From: a virus
Lineage: Duplodnaviria; Caudoviricetes
Length of the DNA stretch: 54,986 nt
Direction: 5' to 3' (one strand)
Virus record (IMG/VR): IMGVR_UViG_3300044795_000115
Span: 1 to 54,986 of that record
Of this stretch, positions 46,470 through 54,859 are shown one piece after another. The translations under genes were made by a program, and so were the position numbers. The notes below the pieces were generated by a model. That model worked only from the letters and a program-made list of their open reading frames with translations. It was not told the DNA's origin and ran no database searches. How positions within the stretch are numbered: the stretch's first letter is position 1; each line of letters begins with the position of its first letter.

Positions 46470-46567
46470 TACAATTCGCTCGGAACGATAACGGAATGTC
46501 CCGTGTGGCTGGCGGGGTGGCTTCGGTCTCCTTCCACTCAACCCTCTCCCGCCAGCCCCCCTCCGCG

Positions 46568-46717
46568 ATGCACACGCATGTATGCCCGGAATGCGGTGAC
46601 GAGTGGATCCACAGCGATCCCGATTGCGAAGGCCTCGACGACTACTACCAGCGCTGCGACGACTGCCTCGGCGGTATGTTGGAGGATTTTCAGTCAACGG
46701 ATTTTCAAGCTAACTGA
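46568..46717 (+). CDS. Small zinc-finger protein
   Basis: HTHVCPECGDEWIH...C...RCDDC. Confidence 0.55.
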   Translation: MHTHVCPECGDEWIHSDPDCEGLDDYYQRCDDCLGGMLEDFQSTDFQAN

Positions 46718-46760
46718 ATCGCTTCTTGTGATATGCTTCGGGCGGCCGAAGGAGGGTGTC

Positions 46761-47399
46761 GTGAAACGGGTCCTGCTACTCTCGCTCCCCTTGCTGATCG
46801 TCTCAGCCGCATTCGCCGATCAGATAACTTTTAACTTCACCTCGAGCCCCTTAACCGCACAAGCCTCAGGCTTGGCCTTCGGCCCCTCGACCATCATCCT
46901 CGTCCGCGACGACAACACCGGCAACTCGACCACCATCAGCGCCACGGCTTCAGGCACCACCGGCACAGCCACGAGCTTCATCGTTGGACCGCCCTTGGTG
47001 GCTTCGTTCTCCAATGGCGGGCCTGGCTCAATCATCATCGAGGACAGCATGGGCCATGTGTTCCTCGAGGGCAGCATCCTGGGCGCGTCGACGCTCGGAT
47101 CGAGCTACCCGGACGGCGTCGGGCACTTCGGTTCTAACATCACCGTGACCGAGGTGGCGCCAGGCGTGCTCGCGGCGCTGGGACTCGGAACCGGCTTCGA
47201 TTCCATGGGCTCGATATCGCTGACTTTGGGCAGCGCCGACTTTACTGGCGGGATTCTTACGGCTGAGGTTGGAGGCGGAACGGTGACGATCGAGACTCCC
47301 CCACCCGTTCCAGAAACCCTCACTCTCGTCCTCATGGGCAGCGGGTTGGTTATCCTGGCCAGGCGCCTGCGCCGGCTTGGAGTCCTTCGCCCCGCCTAG
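46761..47399 (+). CDS. PEP-CTERM-like sorting-domain protein
   Basis: AAGGAGG SD; signal ...SAAFA-D; C-terminal VPETLTLVLMGSGLVILARRLRR. Confidence 0.85.
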   Translation: MKRVLLLSLPLLIVSAAFADQITFNFTSSPLTAQASGLAFGPSTIILVRDDNTGNSTTISATASGTTGTATSFIVGPPLVASFSNGGPGSIIIEDSMGHVFLEGSILGASTLGSSYPDGVGHFGSNITVTEVAPGVLAALGLGTGFDSMGSISLTLGSADFTGGILTAEVGGGTVTIETPPPVPETLTLVLMGSGLVILARRLRRLGVLRPA

Positions 47400-47437
47400 C
47401 CAAGCTCTGGCCCTCAACCGGAATCAGGAGTATTTGA

Positions 47438-47620
47438 ATGGCGTACCAAGATCCAGCCAAGCATCAGGAGGGCGAGCACGAGGACCCGCAGAAGCAACAC
47501 GATCCATCAAAGGCGCACGAGGATGATCCCTCGAAACGACATCAGACCCCGGGAGGCGGGCCAGGCGGCGGTTCCGGGCCCCCAGATCCCGGTCGCCAGT
47601 CAGGCGGCGGACACGTATAA
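47438..47620 (+). CDS. Small hydrophilic protein with DPxK repeats
   Basis: AGGAG SD; DPAK, DPQK and DPSK twice. Confidence 0.7.
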   Translation: MAYQDPAKHQEGEHEDPQKQHDPSKAHEDDPSKRHQTPGGGPGGGSGPPDPGRQSGGGHV

Positions 47621-47665
47621 TCAACCGTTAGAGAGCACGAAAGAACGGACACAAATAAGCGCACT

Positions 47666-47699
47666 GGGGCAGTTTCACTAGGGAGCTGTCCCGATTTTT
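47666..47699 (+). terminator. Terminator-like hairpin
   Basis: GGGGCAGTTTC/GAGCTGTCCC stem with GU pairs, then GATTTTT. Confidence 0.45.
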
Positions 47700-47727
47700 C
47701 CCACTCTGGCTTGAGGTTCCCGCCCCA

Positions 47728-48267
47728 ATGGTCATCTCTCGCCGCCGATTCTTCCTGGCAGCCCTGACCCTCGCCGGCGCCGCCGGCCTCCTCAACTTCT
47801 CCAACTGCATGACCGAGTCGGGCGCGCTCAAGGCGCTGCGCCAAGTCTTGAACAAGCTCGAGTCGGCGCTGAAAACCCTCATGGCCATGGGCCTGGTCTC
47901 GGACTTGATCCAGGCTGCCGCGAAGTACCTCGAGTCGGTCTCCGCGTTCGTCCACCAAGCAGCCGAGGTGCTCGAGGATAACCTGCTGTCGGCTGCGGAA
48001 AAGGCTTCAAAGATCATCCAGCTCGGCGCCTCTGTGGTCCTGCCTAACATCCCCGACGCGAAGGTGCAGTCGATTCTCCAGAACGTGCAGGCGGCGGTGG
48101 CGCTGTTCCTCGCGCTGTTCGCGCCGCCTAAGCCCGCGGCGGTCGAGCTGACGGAGCATTCCCGCGAGGCGCTGCATCAGATCGAGGTTGACGCCTCGCG
48201 CGACCAGGCCGACGTGGTGAAGTGGGCGTCGGCGCCGCATCCCTCGCCGACAGGAGCACCCAAATGA
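47728..48267 (+). CDS. Twin-arginine-signal helical (lipo)protein
   Basis: MVISRRRFFLAALTLAGAAGLLNFSNC; amphipathic helices. Confidence 0.75.
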   Translation: MVISRRRFFLAALTLAGAAGLLNFSNCMTESGALKALRQVLNKLESALKTLMAMGLVSDLIQAAAKYLESVSAFVHQAAEVLEDNLLSAAEKASKIIQLGASVVLPNIPDAKVQSILQNVQAAVALFLALFAPPKPAAVELTEHSREALHQIEVDASRDQADVVKWASAPHPSPTGAPK

Positions 48268-48518
48268 ACAAGTCGATTGTGGTGATCATTAAAGCGCTGT
48301 TTGGGCCGCTGATCCTGATCATCTTGGCTTGGCTTGCGTATGTAACTATCAAAGGCGAGGTCACCGAGGCCAACTCTTTAGGCCTGGTGCGCCTCGAAGA
48401 CGCGCTGATCGCGCTGGCGGCCGCCTGGGCGTACTGGGCGTACAGAAAGAATGGCTCGGGAGCTACCAGTCCCGAGCCACAGAAGGCGCCGGCGCCGGCG
48501 CCGACCGCGAAGCCTTAG
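48264..48518 (+). CDS. Holin-like two-TM protein
   Basis: AGGAG SD; two hydrophobic segments and a hydrophilic tail; ATGA-coupled. Confidence 0.6.
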   Translation: MNKSIVVIIKALFGPLILIILAWLAYVTIKGEVTEANSLGLVRLEDALIALAAAWAYWAYRKNGSGATSPEPQKAPAPAPTAKP

Positions 48519-48663
48519 CGCCAGGCGTCGTAGAACTCGCAGCGCGGGCAGTTGCCGTCGTCATCAAGCAGCGCCTGGCAGCGCCAGCAGCGCCGGCGGG
48601 CTTCCTCCTCGAGCACCCGCTCCGCCTCCCGCACCATGGCTACGACGTCGTCGTCCTGCAATT

Positions 48664-48828
48664 TTAGCTTCCTGCTTGGAAGCGCCCTCCGCAATGCTCC
48701 ATGACCAGGACCCGGAGATCGTGGATCTGATGGCGCTGGCCCTGGATGACGGCTTCCTGAAAGCCCAGAGCCACGAGTGACAATAGCACAGCTACGAAGT
48801 AGGGGATCAGCCAAGTTTTGGTGGACAA
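48664..48828 (-). CDS. Small single-TM protein
   Basis: GGAGGAGG SD, TTG start, WLIPYFVAVLLSLVALGF. Confidence 0.55.
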   Translation of the reverse strand: MSTKTWLIPYFVAVLLSLVALGFQEAVIQGQRHQIHDLRVLVMEHCGGRFQAGS

Positions 48829-49001
48829 GCGAGGCCTCCTCCGTCGAGCGAGTGGTAGGCTTCCCAGGCGGCGCAGGACCAGCAGTCGCCGCACTTGCAG
48901 CTGCGCCCGAGGACGGCATCCTCCCTCAGCGCATCGCGCCCGCGGGCGGCGCAGGCGAAGAGCGCCTCGAGGAGCAGTTGGTCGTAAGTTTTTGGATTCA
49001 T
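48807..49001 (-). CDS. Small Cys-containing protein
   Basis: GGGAG SD; CKCGDCWSC. Confidence 0.6.
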   Translation of the reverse strand: MNPKTYDQLLLEALFACAARGRDALREDAVLGRSCKCGDCWSCAAWEAYHSLDGGGLACPPKLG

Positions 49002-49009
49002 TTTGGTCT

Positions 49010-49170
49010 CCCATTTTGGTGTACTCCTCGGGGGAAACGCTCGCGCTCAGCCGTTGCGTCCCGCCGGCCACCGGAGGGCCGCCCCTCAGGCAGTGAGAGC
49101 GGCTTTTTGTGTTTGCCGGCAGGAAGCGGAGTTGCGTTCCCCCCGAGCAGCACACCACTGGGTGCTGCTC
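49010..49170 (-). ncRNA. Candidate structured RNA (long rod hairpin with internal bubbles)
   Basis: About 23-bp closing stem plus two nested stems, GU-compatible on the minus strand, intergenic. Confidence 0.55.
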
Positions 49171-49188
49171 AGTTTCCCAACTAGGTGG

Positions 49189-49500
49189 TTAGCTCGATGG
49201 GCCTCCTTTCTCTCCCTTATCGTCGTCATCAGGGAACTTGAATTTGGCGTTTTCGGTGGCCAGGTCTTTGAGTTCCTTCTGCATGTCGTTCTGCTCGCGC
49301 AGCAGGCTATCGTACTGGGACTCGATGGAGATGGTGACGCGCTCGTCCAAGCCCCAAGCCTCGAGGTTCTGGATCTCGAGCAGGCGAAACAGATCGTTGA
49401 CGGTCTTCTGGCCGAGGACGAGGATGACGGCGTGGCTGACGCCATCCTCGGTGGCCGAGCGGCTCAACAGCGTGACGATTTTGCCTTCCAGTTTCAGCAT
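49189..49500 (-). CDS. Hypothetical protein
   Basis: AAGGAG SD; C-terminal coiled coil. Confidence 0.7.
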   Translation of the reverse strand: MLKLEGKIVTLLSRSATEDGVSHAVILVLGQKTVNDLFRLLEIQNLEAWGLDERVTISIESQYDSLLREQNDMQKELKDLATENAKFKFPDDDDKGEKGGPSS

Positions 49501-49634
49501 TGTGCTCCTTCCCTAAACGAGTTTAAAATTCCCGCGAAAACAAATTTCGCAGACTGCTTAGACTTCTAAGGGGAATCCGGGGGAGAGGTCTGTGCGCTTC
49601 CGCTGGCACAGTTCCTCCACCTCCTCCTGCCCCG

Positions 49635-49829
49635 TCACTTCTCCACCCCCCAGTGAATCATCCCCGTCGGATTCCCGCTTAAGTCCTCCCGCTTCTTCCC
49701 CCACCGCGCCGCCGCCGCCTTCCTCCCGTGCGCCGTCCGCGCTGCTTTCTCCACCCCAGCCCACCGCGCCTTCCCTCCCTTCCGCGCTTGCGAGGCGATC
49801 CACGCCCGCACCCCCTTCGTCAGCTTCAT
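49635..49829 (-). CDS. Small basic KGG-motif protein
   Basis: ARKGGKARW...GRKAAAARW. Confidence 0.75.
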   Translation of the reverse strand: MKLTKGVRAWIASQARKGGKARWAGVEKAARTAHGRKAAAARWGKKREDLSGNPTGMIHWGVEK

Positions 49830-50044
49830 CTCTCCTCCTCCTCCTCCAATAACTTCTTCAGTTCATCTCTGTCGATTTTGTAGTAGCCTACCTCTACAAC
49901 TTTCTCCCGCTCCGGTGGCCCCTGCCGCCGCATTGCCCTGAAGTAAACCCAATTCGCGTTGAGCTTCCTTTCGTCCTCCGGGTACCGCGTTATCGCCATG
50001 TGCCCCGGCCGCCCGGCACATCCTTCCGCAAACGTCTGCTTCAT
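49826..50044 (-). CDS. Hypothetical protein
   Basis: MKQTFAEG...; ATGA-coupled chain. Confidence 0.6.
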   Translation of the reverse strand: MKQTFAEGCAGRPGHMAITRYPEDERKLNANWVYFRAMRRQGPPEREKVVEVGYYKIDRDELKKLLEEEEER

Positions 50045-50214
50045 CTCTCCCTCGCCTCCTTCCACTGATTGCACCACTCACTCGCCTTTACCACGCCCTT
50101 CACGATCCCGCACCCGTGCCGCCACGGCTCGAAGTGCACGCACTCGTCACACCTGTCCCCACCAGCCTTCGCCGGCCCAAACTCTACTTCCCACTTCTCA
50201 AACTTCTCTTTCAT
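50041..50214 (-). CDS. HiPIP-like 4-Cys protein
   Basis: RCDECVHF...CGIVKGVV...WCNQW. Confidence 0.7.
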   Translation of the reverse strand: MKEKFEKWEVEFGPAKAGGDRCDECVHFEPWRHGCGIVKGVVKASEWCNQWKEARER

Positions 50215-50480
50215 CTCCCCCCACCCCGGCACCCCTTACACCGGCACAGCGGATAGTGCGGCAGCTTCAGCATTGCTGCCCCCACCACCAACCATACAAA
50301 TACCCCCGCAAACACCCCTACAATATACCAGCAAGCTTTGAGAAACAAGCCCATTTTTTCACCGCCTCACGAATAACCGGAATAACCGGAAGAAGGGGTA
50401 GACGACCACCCCTACCCCCGCCCTTACCAGCAGCCACACCCCTTCCCACCAGAGCCGCCCCAAGGTCAATATCTCTTCGT

Positions 50481-50750
50481 TCATCCCCACTCTTTCCCCC
50501 TCAATTCCGTCGCGCACTCCCCGCACAATACCCCCAACTCCATCGTCTCGACCTCTCCAGGCCATCGCCCGCACTCCCGGCACCATTGCACCTCACCAGC
50601 CTCCTCCTCGTCCCTCCTGGCGCATCCCAGGCCACAATACCGCCCATCGTACGTGCGCGGTCCAATCCCGCATACCACGCAACCGCCCTCGTCTTCGCCT
50701 TCCTCGAGCGCTTCTCTTCTTGCCCAGTACATCGCTTCTTCCACCGTCAT
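50481..50750 (-). CDS. Multi-CxxC zinc-finger protein
   Basis: CVVC, YCGLGC, CREC, CGEC. Confidence 0.65.
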   Translation of the reverse strand: MTVEEAMYWARREALEEGEDEGGCVVCGIGPRTYDGRYCGLGCARRDEEEAGEVQWCRECGRWPGEVETMELGVLCGECATELRGKEWG

Positions 50751-50986
50751 CGCCCTGCCCTCCCCTTCTTCCGCTCCGCCCTCGCCCTCTCCACACTTAC
50801 CCGCACCGCCAGGTTATATATCCCCGCCGGCGAGATCTCGTAGCCCGTCCGCATCCCCTTCAGCCTCACTTTCATTACGTATCCGTTCTCTGCCTCGAAG
50901 ATTACTTCCCGCAGTCGCCCCCGCTCCCGTACGCACTCGCTCGTCTCGAATACCAACCTCGACTTCCGCTTGTCGATCCGCGTCAT
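50747..50986 (-). CDS. Small basic phage protein
   Basis: VRLKGMRTGY pattern; GGAAGGAG SD. Confidence 0.7.
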   Translation of the reverse strand: MTRIDKRKSRLVFETSECVRERGRLREVIFEAENGYVMKVRLKGMRTGYEISPAGIYNLAVRVSVERARAERKKGRAGR

Positions 50987-51251
50987 TTCGACTCCTTCCG
51001 AAAGTCGTCAACCGCGATCGTCCACGCGTCAACCCGGTCAAACTGATAGCAAATACAGTGCAATCCGCCCACGTAGTAATCTTTGTGATTGCACGGTCCG
51101 ATACCAGTCACGTGTTCGTCTTTTGTGTGCCCGCACTTGCAAACGTCTGATTTCATTGTCGTCTCCAGTCTCCCGTTCTCATTGCCCTTACCTCCTCGGC
51201 GTAGTCACGCCCGACAGCGCACACTGTCACTGTGCGCCCTCAGTTCTCCGA

Positions 51252-51563
51252 CTACGCGTCCGGCAAGCCCTTGTCATGCTCCCGCATACACCATACGCAC
51301 CCTGCCAAGTGCTCGTCGGTCTCGGGATGCTCCTCCTCCTCCTCCTTCCCCTCTACCTCCACGATCTGCCGGTCATACCCCCACACCTCCTCGTGCCACG
51401 CACTCGCCTTCACCAACGCCCCGCGCTCGATCGTGTCCAGCAGCTTCCCGTCAAACCCCGGCTCCCCGTTCTTTACGTCTGCCTCCTTCCGCGTTACCCT
51501 CACCCGCCGCAGCTGCCCCCCAAACGTCCGGTACTTCACTACGTCCCCTACTCTGTAGTTCAT
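51252..51563 (-). CDS. SH3/KOW-like hypothetical protein
   Basis: YRVGDVVKYR...DVKNGEPGFDG...WGYDRQI; AGGAG SD. Confidence 0.7.
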   Translation of the reverse strand: MNYRVGDVVKYRTFGGQLRRVRVTRKEADVKNGEPGFDGKLLDTIERGALVKASAWHEEVWGYDRQIVEVEGKEEEEEHPETDEHLAGCVWCMREHDKGLPDA

Positions 51564-51632
51564 CTCCTATCCCTCCCGAGGTTAGCTACCTCAATCGGCG
51601 CTCGACTGTCACCCGAGCGCCCAATGCCGCAG

Positions 51633-51848
51633 CTACTCCTCCTCCTCCATCTCTCCCGCCTTCCCCTCCCACCCGCACCCGTCGCATATCACGTGCCCGT
51701 CCTCCTCCCACATCGTGTCCGATACCTGCTCCACTCCACTCTCCGTCAACCGCACCACCACCACCGCCTCTACCTTCAGCTCCCCCCCGCCCTTACAGCG
51801 CGGACATATTAGCCCCAAATGGTTACCGTAGTTTGCTGGTTTCGTCAT
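51633..51848 (-). CDS. Zinc-ribbon protein
   Basis: CPRC...CDGCGWEG. Confidence 0.7.
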   Translation of the reverse strand: MTKPANYGNHLGLICPRCKGGGELKVEAVVVVRLTESGVEQVSDTMWEEDGHVICDGCGWEGKAGEMEEEE

Positions 51849-51996
51849 TGCTCCCCCTCGCCTTCCTGGATAATTGTGTTCGTGGTTTCAAAGTGAATGT
51901 CGTCGGCTTTGGCGTCGATCATTCTCGCAACCCGTTCGTAAGCTATGTCTACGCTGTCCGCTTCCACGTAGAAAGTTACTTGCACTTCAATTCGTT

Positions 51997-52185
51997 TCAT
52001 TGTGTCCCCTTCCCTCCCTTCGCCATCATCTTCCGGTCCAGCCGCAACACCGTCAGCGCCCGCACCACCGCCGTGTATATCGACTCTTCGTCGTTCTGCG
52101 TGATCTCAGCGTACGGACTCAACGGCTCCATCCCTTCCTTCCACCACTCCGCTATCACTTCCAGCACTTCTTCGGCATCGTTCAT
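51997..52185 (-). CDS. Hypothetical protein
   Basis: 62-aa ORF in the minus-strand chain. Confidence 0.6.
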   Translation of the reverse strand: MNDAEEVLEVIAEWWKEGMEPLSPYAEITQNDEESIYTAVVRALTVLRLDRKMMAKGGKGTQ

Positions 52186-52516
52186 CTCGCTTACCTCTGG
52201 TCGGCGCCTACCGTCACTAGGCGCCCAACGCAGGTACTAGCGCTCCCTCTTCCCTACCATCTCCCCTACCAGCATCCCCCATAGCGGTGCCCCGTAGATC
52301 AGCACCACCACCACCGCCGCTATCCATCGCTCCGCTTCGTACATCACTTCCCCTCCATCTGCGCCGTTAACCACCCTGACTGATACCCCTGTGAGTACTC
52401 CTGCTTGTATTGTGGTTCCGCCGTCGACCAGCACCACGCGTAAAGACTGCGATACCCTAAGCGGTAGTCGTTCGTCCCGCCTCTGAATCCACGTTCGAAA
52501 GCTTCTGACTTTTCCA

Positions 52517-52945
52517 TCACTTCCCCTCCCTTATCTCGACCTCATATACCCGCAACACCCGCGCCCGCCGCTTCGGCTTCCCCCCATCGTGTATGTACCC
52601 CCCAATCATCGCCAGCGCGTGGTTCGTCGTCACGATGATGTACCGACCCCGCTTCATCCTCCCCGCGTAGTACACATCCTCCAACAACACCCGCTTCCGC
52701 ATCGCTACCGTCACCGGCGCCAGCTCTACCAGCGGAATCATCCTCACCTTCCGCCTCGCTATCTCACTCTGCCTGTCCATCCAGCTCGTGAATACCATCC
52801 CCCTCCCGTCTTTCCTCCCCGCCGCCTTCAACACCGCGTGCGCCTCCGCGTAAGGCAGGCTAAGTGCATACGTCATCGCCCGCACCGTGCAGTCATTCCG
52901 CTCCCCAGCTATCCGGTCAGTCGGTGTGCAGCAAATAGCCTTCAT
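52517..52945 (-). CDS. Papain-like (Cys-His-Asp) phage protein
   Basis: NDCTVRA...GRYI...HALAMIGGYIHD. Confidence 0.7.
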   Translation of the reverse strand: MKAICCTPTDRIAGERNDCTVRAMTYALSLPYAEAHAVLKAAGRKDGRGMVFTSWMDRQSEIARRKVRMIPLVELAPVTVAMRKRVLLEDVYYAGRMKRGRYIIVTTNHALAMIGGYIHDGGKPKRRARVLRVYEVEIREGK

Positions 52946-53190
52946 CGCCCACCTGCCACCGGTACTAGCGAGCCCACAAGTACCATGCCCAAAAATTGCT
53001 TCGTCTCGGGGTGCTCTACATAGCAGTGCCCGCAGTTCACCGTCCGCTTACTACCGCACCCAAACGGAGGCTTCCGTACCCGCACCAGCCACCCCTCCCG
53101 TATATCCGGCCGATACCCGCTCGACCACTTGTCCAGCCCCACCGCGTGGTACCGGTACACCCGCCCCGCTACTACTCTCGTGTTCGTCAT
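52942..53190 (-). CDS. Hypothetical protein
   Basis: AAGGAG SD; PFGC...GHCYV...FLGMVLVGSL. Confidence 0.7.
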   Translation of the reverse strand: MTNTRVVAGRVYRYHAVGLDKWSSGYRPDIREGWLVRVRKPPFGCGSKRTVNCGHCYVEHPETKQFLGMVLVGSLVPVAGGR

Positions 53191-53270
53191 TGCCTGTTCT
53201 CCTTCCCTCCGGTTTCTTTCCTTCCGCTAGTCGCGGAGTAGAGACTCACTGTCACTGAGCCCCTAGTTCG

Positions 53271-53978
53271 CTACTCCGAAAGCGCTATCGCTACCAACGC
53301 CGTCTTTACCTTCTTCGCCCCCTGCCCGTGCGCCGCGAACACTATCACTGCTCTATCCTTCAGCAGCCGCTTATCGTCCCAGCACAACTTGCATGTCGTG
53401 CAGTCTGCCGTCTTCCCCGTCTGCTCCGGGCACGGAATGTATTTCATCGGCCCGTCTCCCCCCGCTACCGTGTACGCCTTCGTCCGCCCAGCATGCGAGT
53501 CCACCACTATCGACGCCGCATACCCCTTCCGCATCGCCTCCGCACACTGCGCCGCCGTCTCACAACTCGCCAGCACCGATACTCCCCCCCAGTACTTCCG
53601 CAACACCTTCCGCCAGGCGTGTGTGTACGTCCACACTTTTTGCAGGTGCCTGCCGCTGTAACGTTTCGACGCTCGCGCAACTATCGAAGCGGCCTCGTTC
53701 GTCCGGCAATCCCCGAATTCGTGCAAGCGCATCGGCAATTTCCCCGATAGCATTCCAATGGCGTCGGCTTCCGCTTGCGCCAGCTCTTCAGGTGTGCTAC
53801 GCTTGGACTCGGATTGAAGCTTCGCGTTCTGCATGCCCGAGCGGAACTGCTGCCCATAGCAGCCTTCGTCCATAAACGGGCATGTCGGATCACAGCTGCC
53901 AGTAATACTTACTTTGGTAATGCTTATCCTCCCGACTTTTGAGTTCCCGGTAACCTCAACCGCCATTACGCCGTTCAT
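53271..53978 (-). CDS. Gp88-like Cys-rich (Fe-S / radical-SAM-like) protein
   Basis: NSKVG, SCDPTCPF..GCY, RLHEFGD, WTYTH, CPEQ...CTTCKLCW, FAAHG. Confidence 0.8.
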   Translation of the reverse strand: MNGVMAVEVTGNSKVGRISITKVSITGSCDPTCPFMDEGCYGQQFRSGMQNAKLQSESKRSTPEELAQAEADAIGMLSGKLPMRLHEFGDCRTNEAASIVARASKRYSGRHLQKVWTYTHAWRKVLRKYWGGVSVLASCETAAQCAEAMRKGYAASIVVDSHAGRTKAYTVAGGDGPMKYIPCPEQTGKTADCTTCKLCWDDKRLLKDRAVIVFAAHGQGAKKVKTALVAIALSE

Positions 53979-54100
53979 TACCAGTCCTCTCTTTCCCGCG
54001 ATTGCGTTGAGCGGTAAGCACTTAGCAGCATGCTAGCCGTGCCCTGTGACATGTAGCGGTGGTTGGTGATGAACCAGAACCAGAATGCTAGTTTTTTCAT
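53978..54100 (-). CDS. 40-aa microprotein
   Basis: MKKLAFWFWFITNHRY...; TAATG coupling to the Gp88-like gene. Confidence 0.5.
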   Translation of the reverse strand: MKKLAFWFWFITNHRYMSQGTASMLLSAYRSTQSREREDW

Positions 54101-54298
54101 TTAGTTCGCCCTCCAGAACGGCACACGCGAGAATTGCACTGTCGTGATTGCTTCCAACAGAATCCGTTCAGCATCCATTACCGCCATTGCCGTCTCGAAC
54201 GAATTCATCGTGACGTGAACATGGCCAATCGCCCGAAACAGCAGCCGGATTGCACATTCACGCTCGTAAGCCTCACTTGCCCTGTCCTGATAATTCAT
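54101..54298 (-). CDS. Hypothetical protein, first gene of the minus-strand early arm
   Basis: GGAGG SD; MNYQDRASEAYERE. Confidence 0.65.
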   Translation of the reverse strand: MNYQDRASEAYERECAIRLLFRAIGHVHVTMNSFETAMAVMDAERILLEAITTVQFSRVPFWRAN

Positions 54299-54750
54299 TT
54301 TCACCCTCCGGCCATGCGGCCTATTTGCTAACCTGGCTTGCATGACTTGGCCATCATGCGGCAGCTGCCTGCCGGACGTAAATCCCACAAAAGTCGTAGA
54401 TCTCTAAACTGAACAAACTGCGGCAGTTAACCGGCACAGCCGGCAATTTTGGCGGTTTTCCTGAAAAAGATTTGCACAGAATTTTCCACAGGCCGGCCGG
54501 CCTCTGGGCTCTCCTGTTGCGGTTATTACGATGTTCGTCGTAGCAAACGTAACAGCCGCAAGCCATTTGTTTTCAGCGGCCAGCCTGGCGCCAGGCGGCG
54601 CCGGCATCTCGAGCCGGCGATTCGGATCTCGACCCTATTTCCCGAGCCCCGGGCCCAGGACCCGCGCGGGACGTGCGGCTGAAAATCTGCCCCTGCCACA
54701 CAATTTCCTGCCCATTTTCTCTCTAACCCGCTTAGTGTAAGCCGGGGAGG

Positions 54751-54859
54751 TTAAGGGGAAGGGGTCAGAAAGCGTTCACGTTCGATGTGGCGGCGGGTAA
54801 CGAGGCCGGGCATAAGGATGCCGTTGGAGTAGACCCAGTCATCGAACTCGGTAGCGGCG
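54751..54859 (-). CDS. Endolysin, GH24, 3' part
   Basis: ...AATEFDDWVYSNGILMPGLVTRRHIERERFLTPSP*; GLxxRRxxE C-terminal lysozyme motif; in frame with 359-1 after circularisation (468 nt in total). Confidence 0.92.

Noticed and set aside
49080-49135. SRP (4.5S) RNA, suggested by TCAGG...GGAAGC
   Set aside because: Spacing and the GNRA tetraloop of SRP domain IV are not matched, and pairing is better on the opposite strand
49959-53875. Long + strand ORFs (for example 49959-50843 and 51089-52240)
   Set aside because: Pro/Ser/Leu-rich shadows of the G-rich minus-strand genes, which have SDs, coupling and motifs
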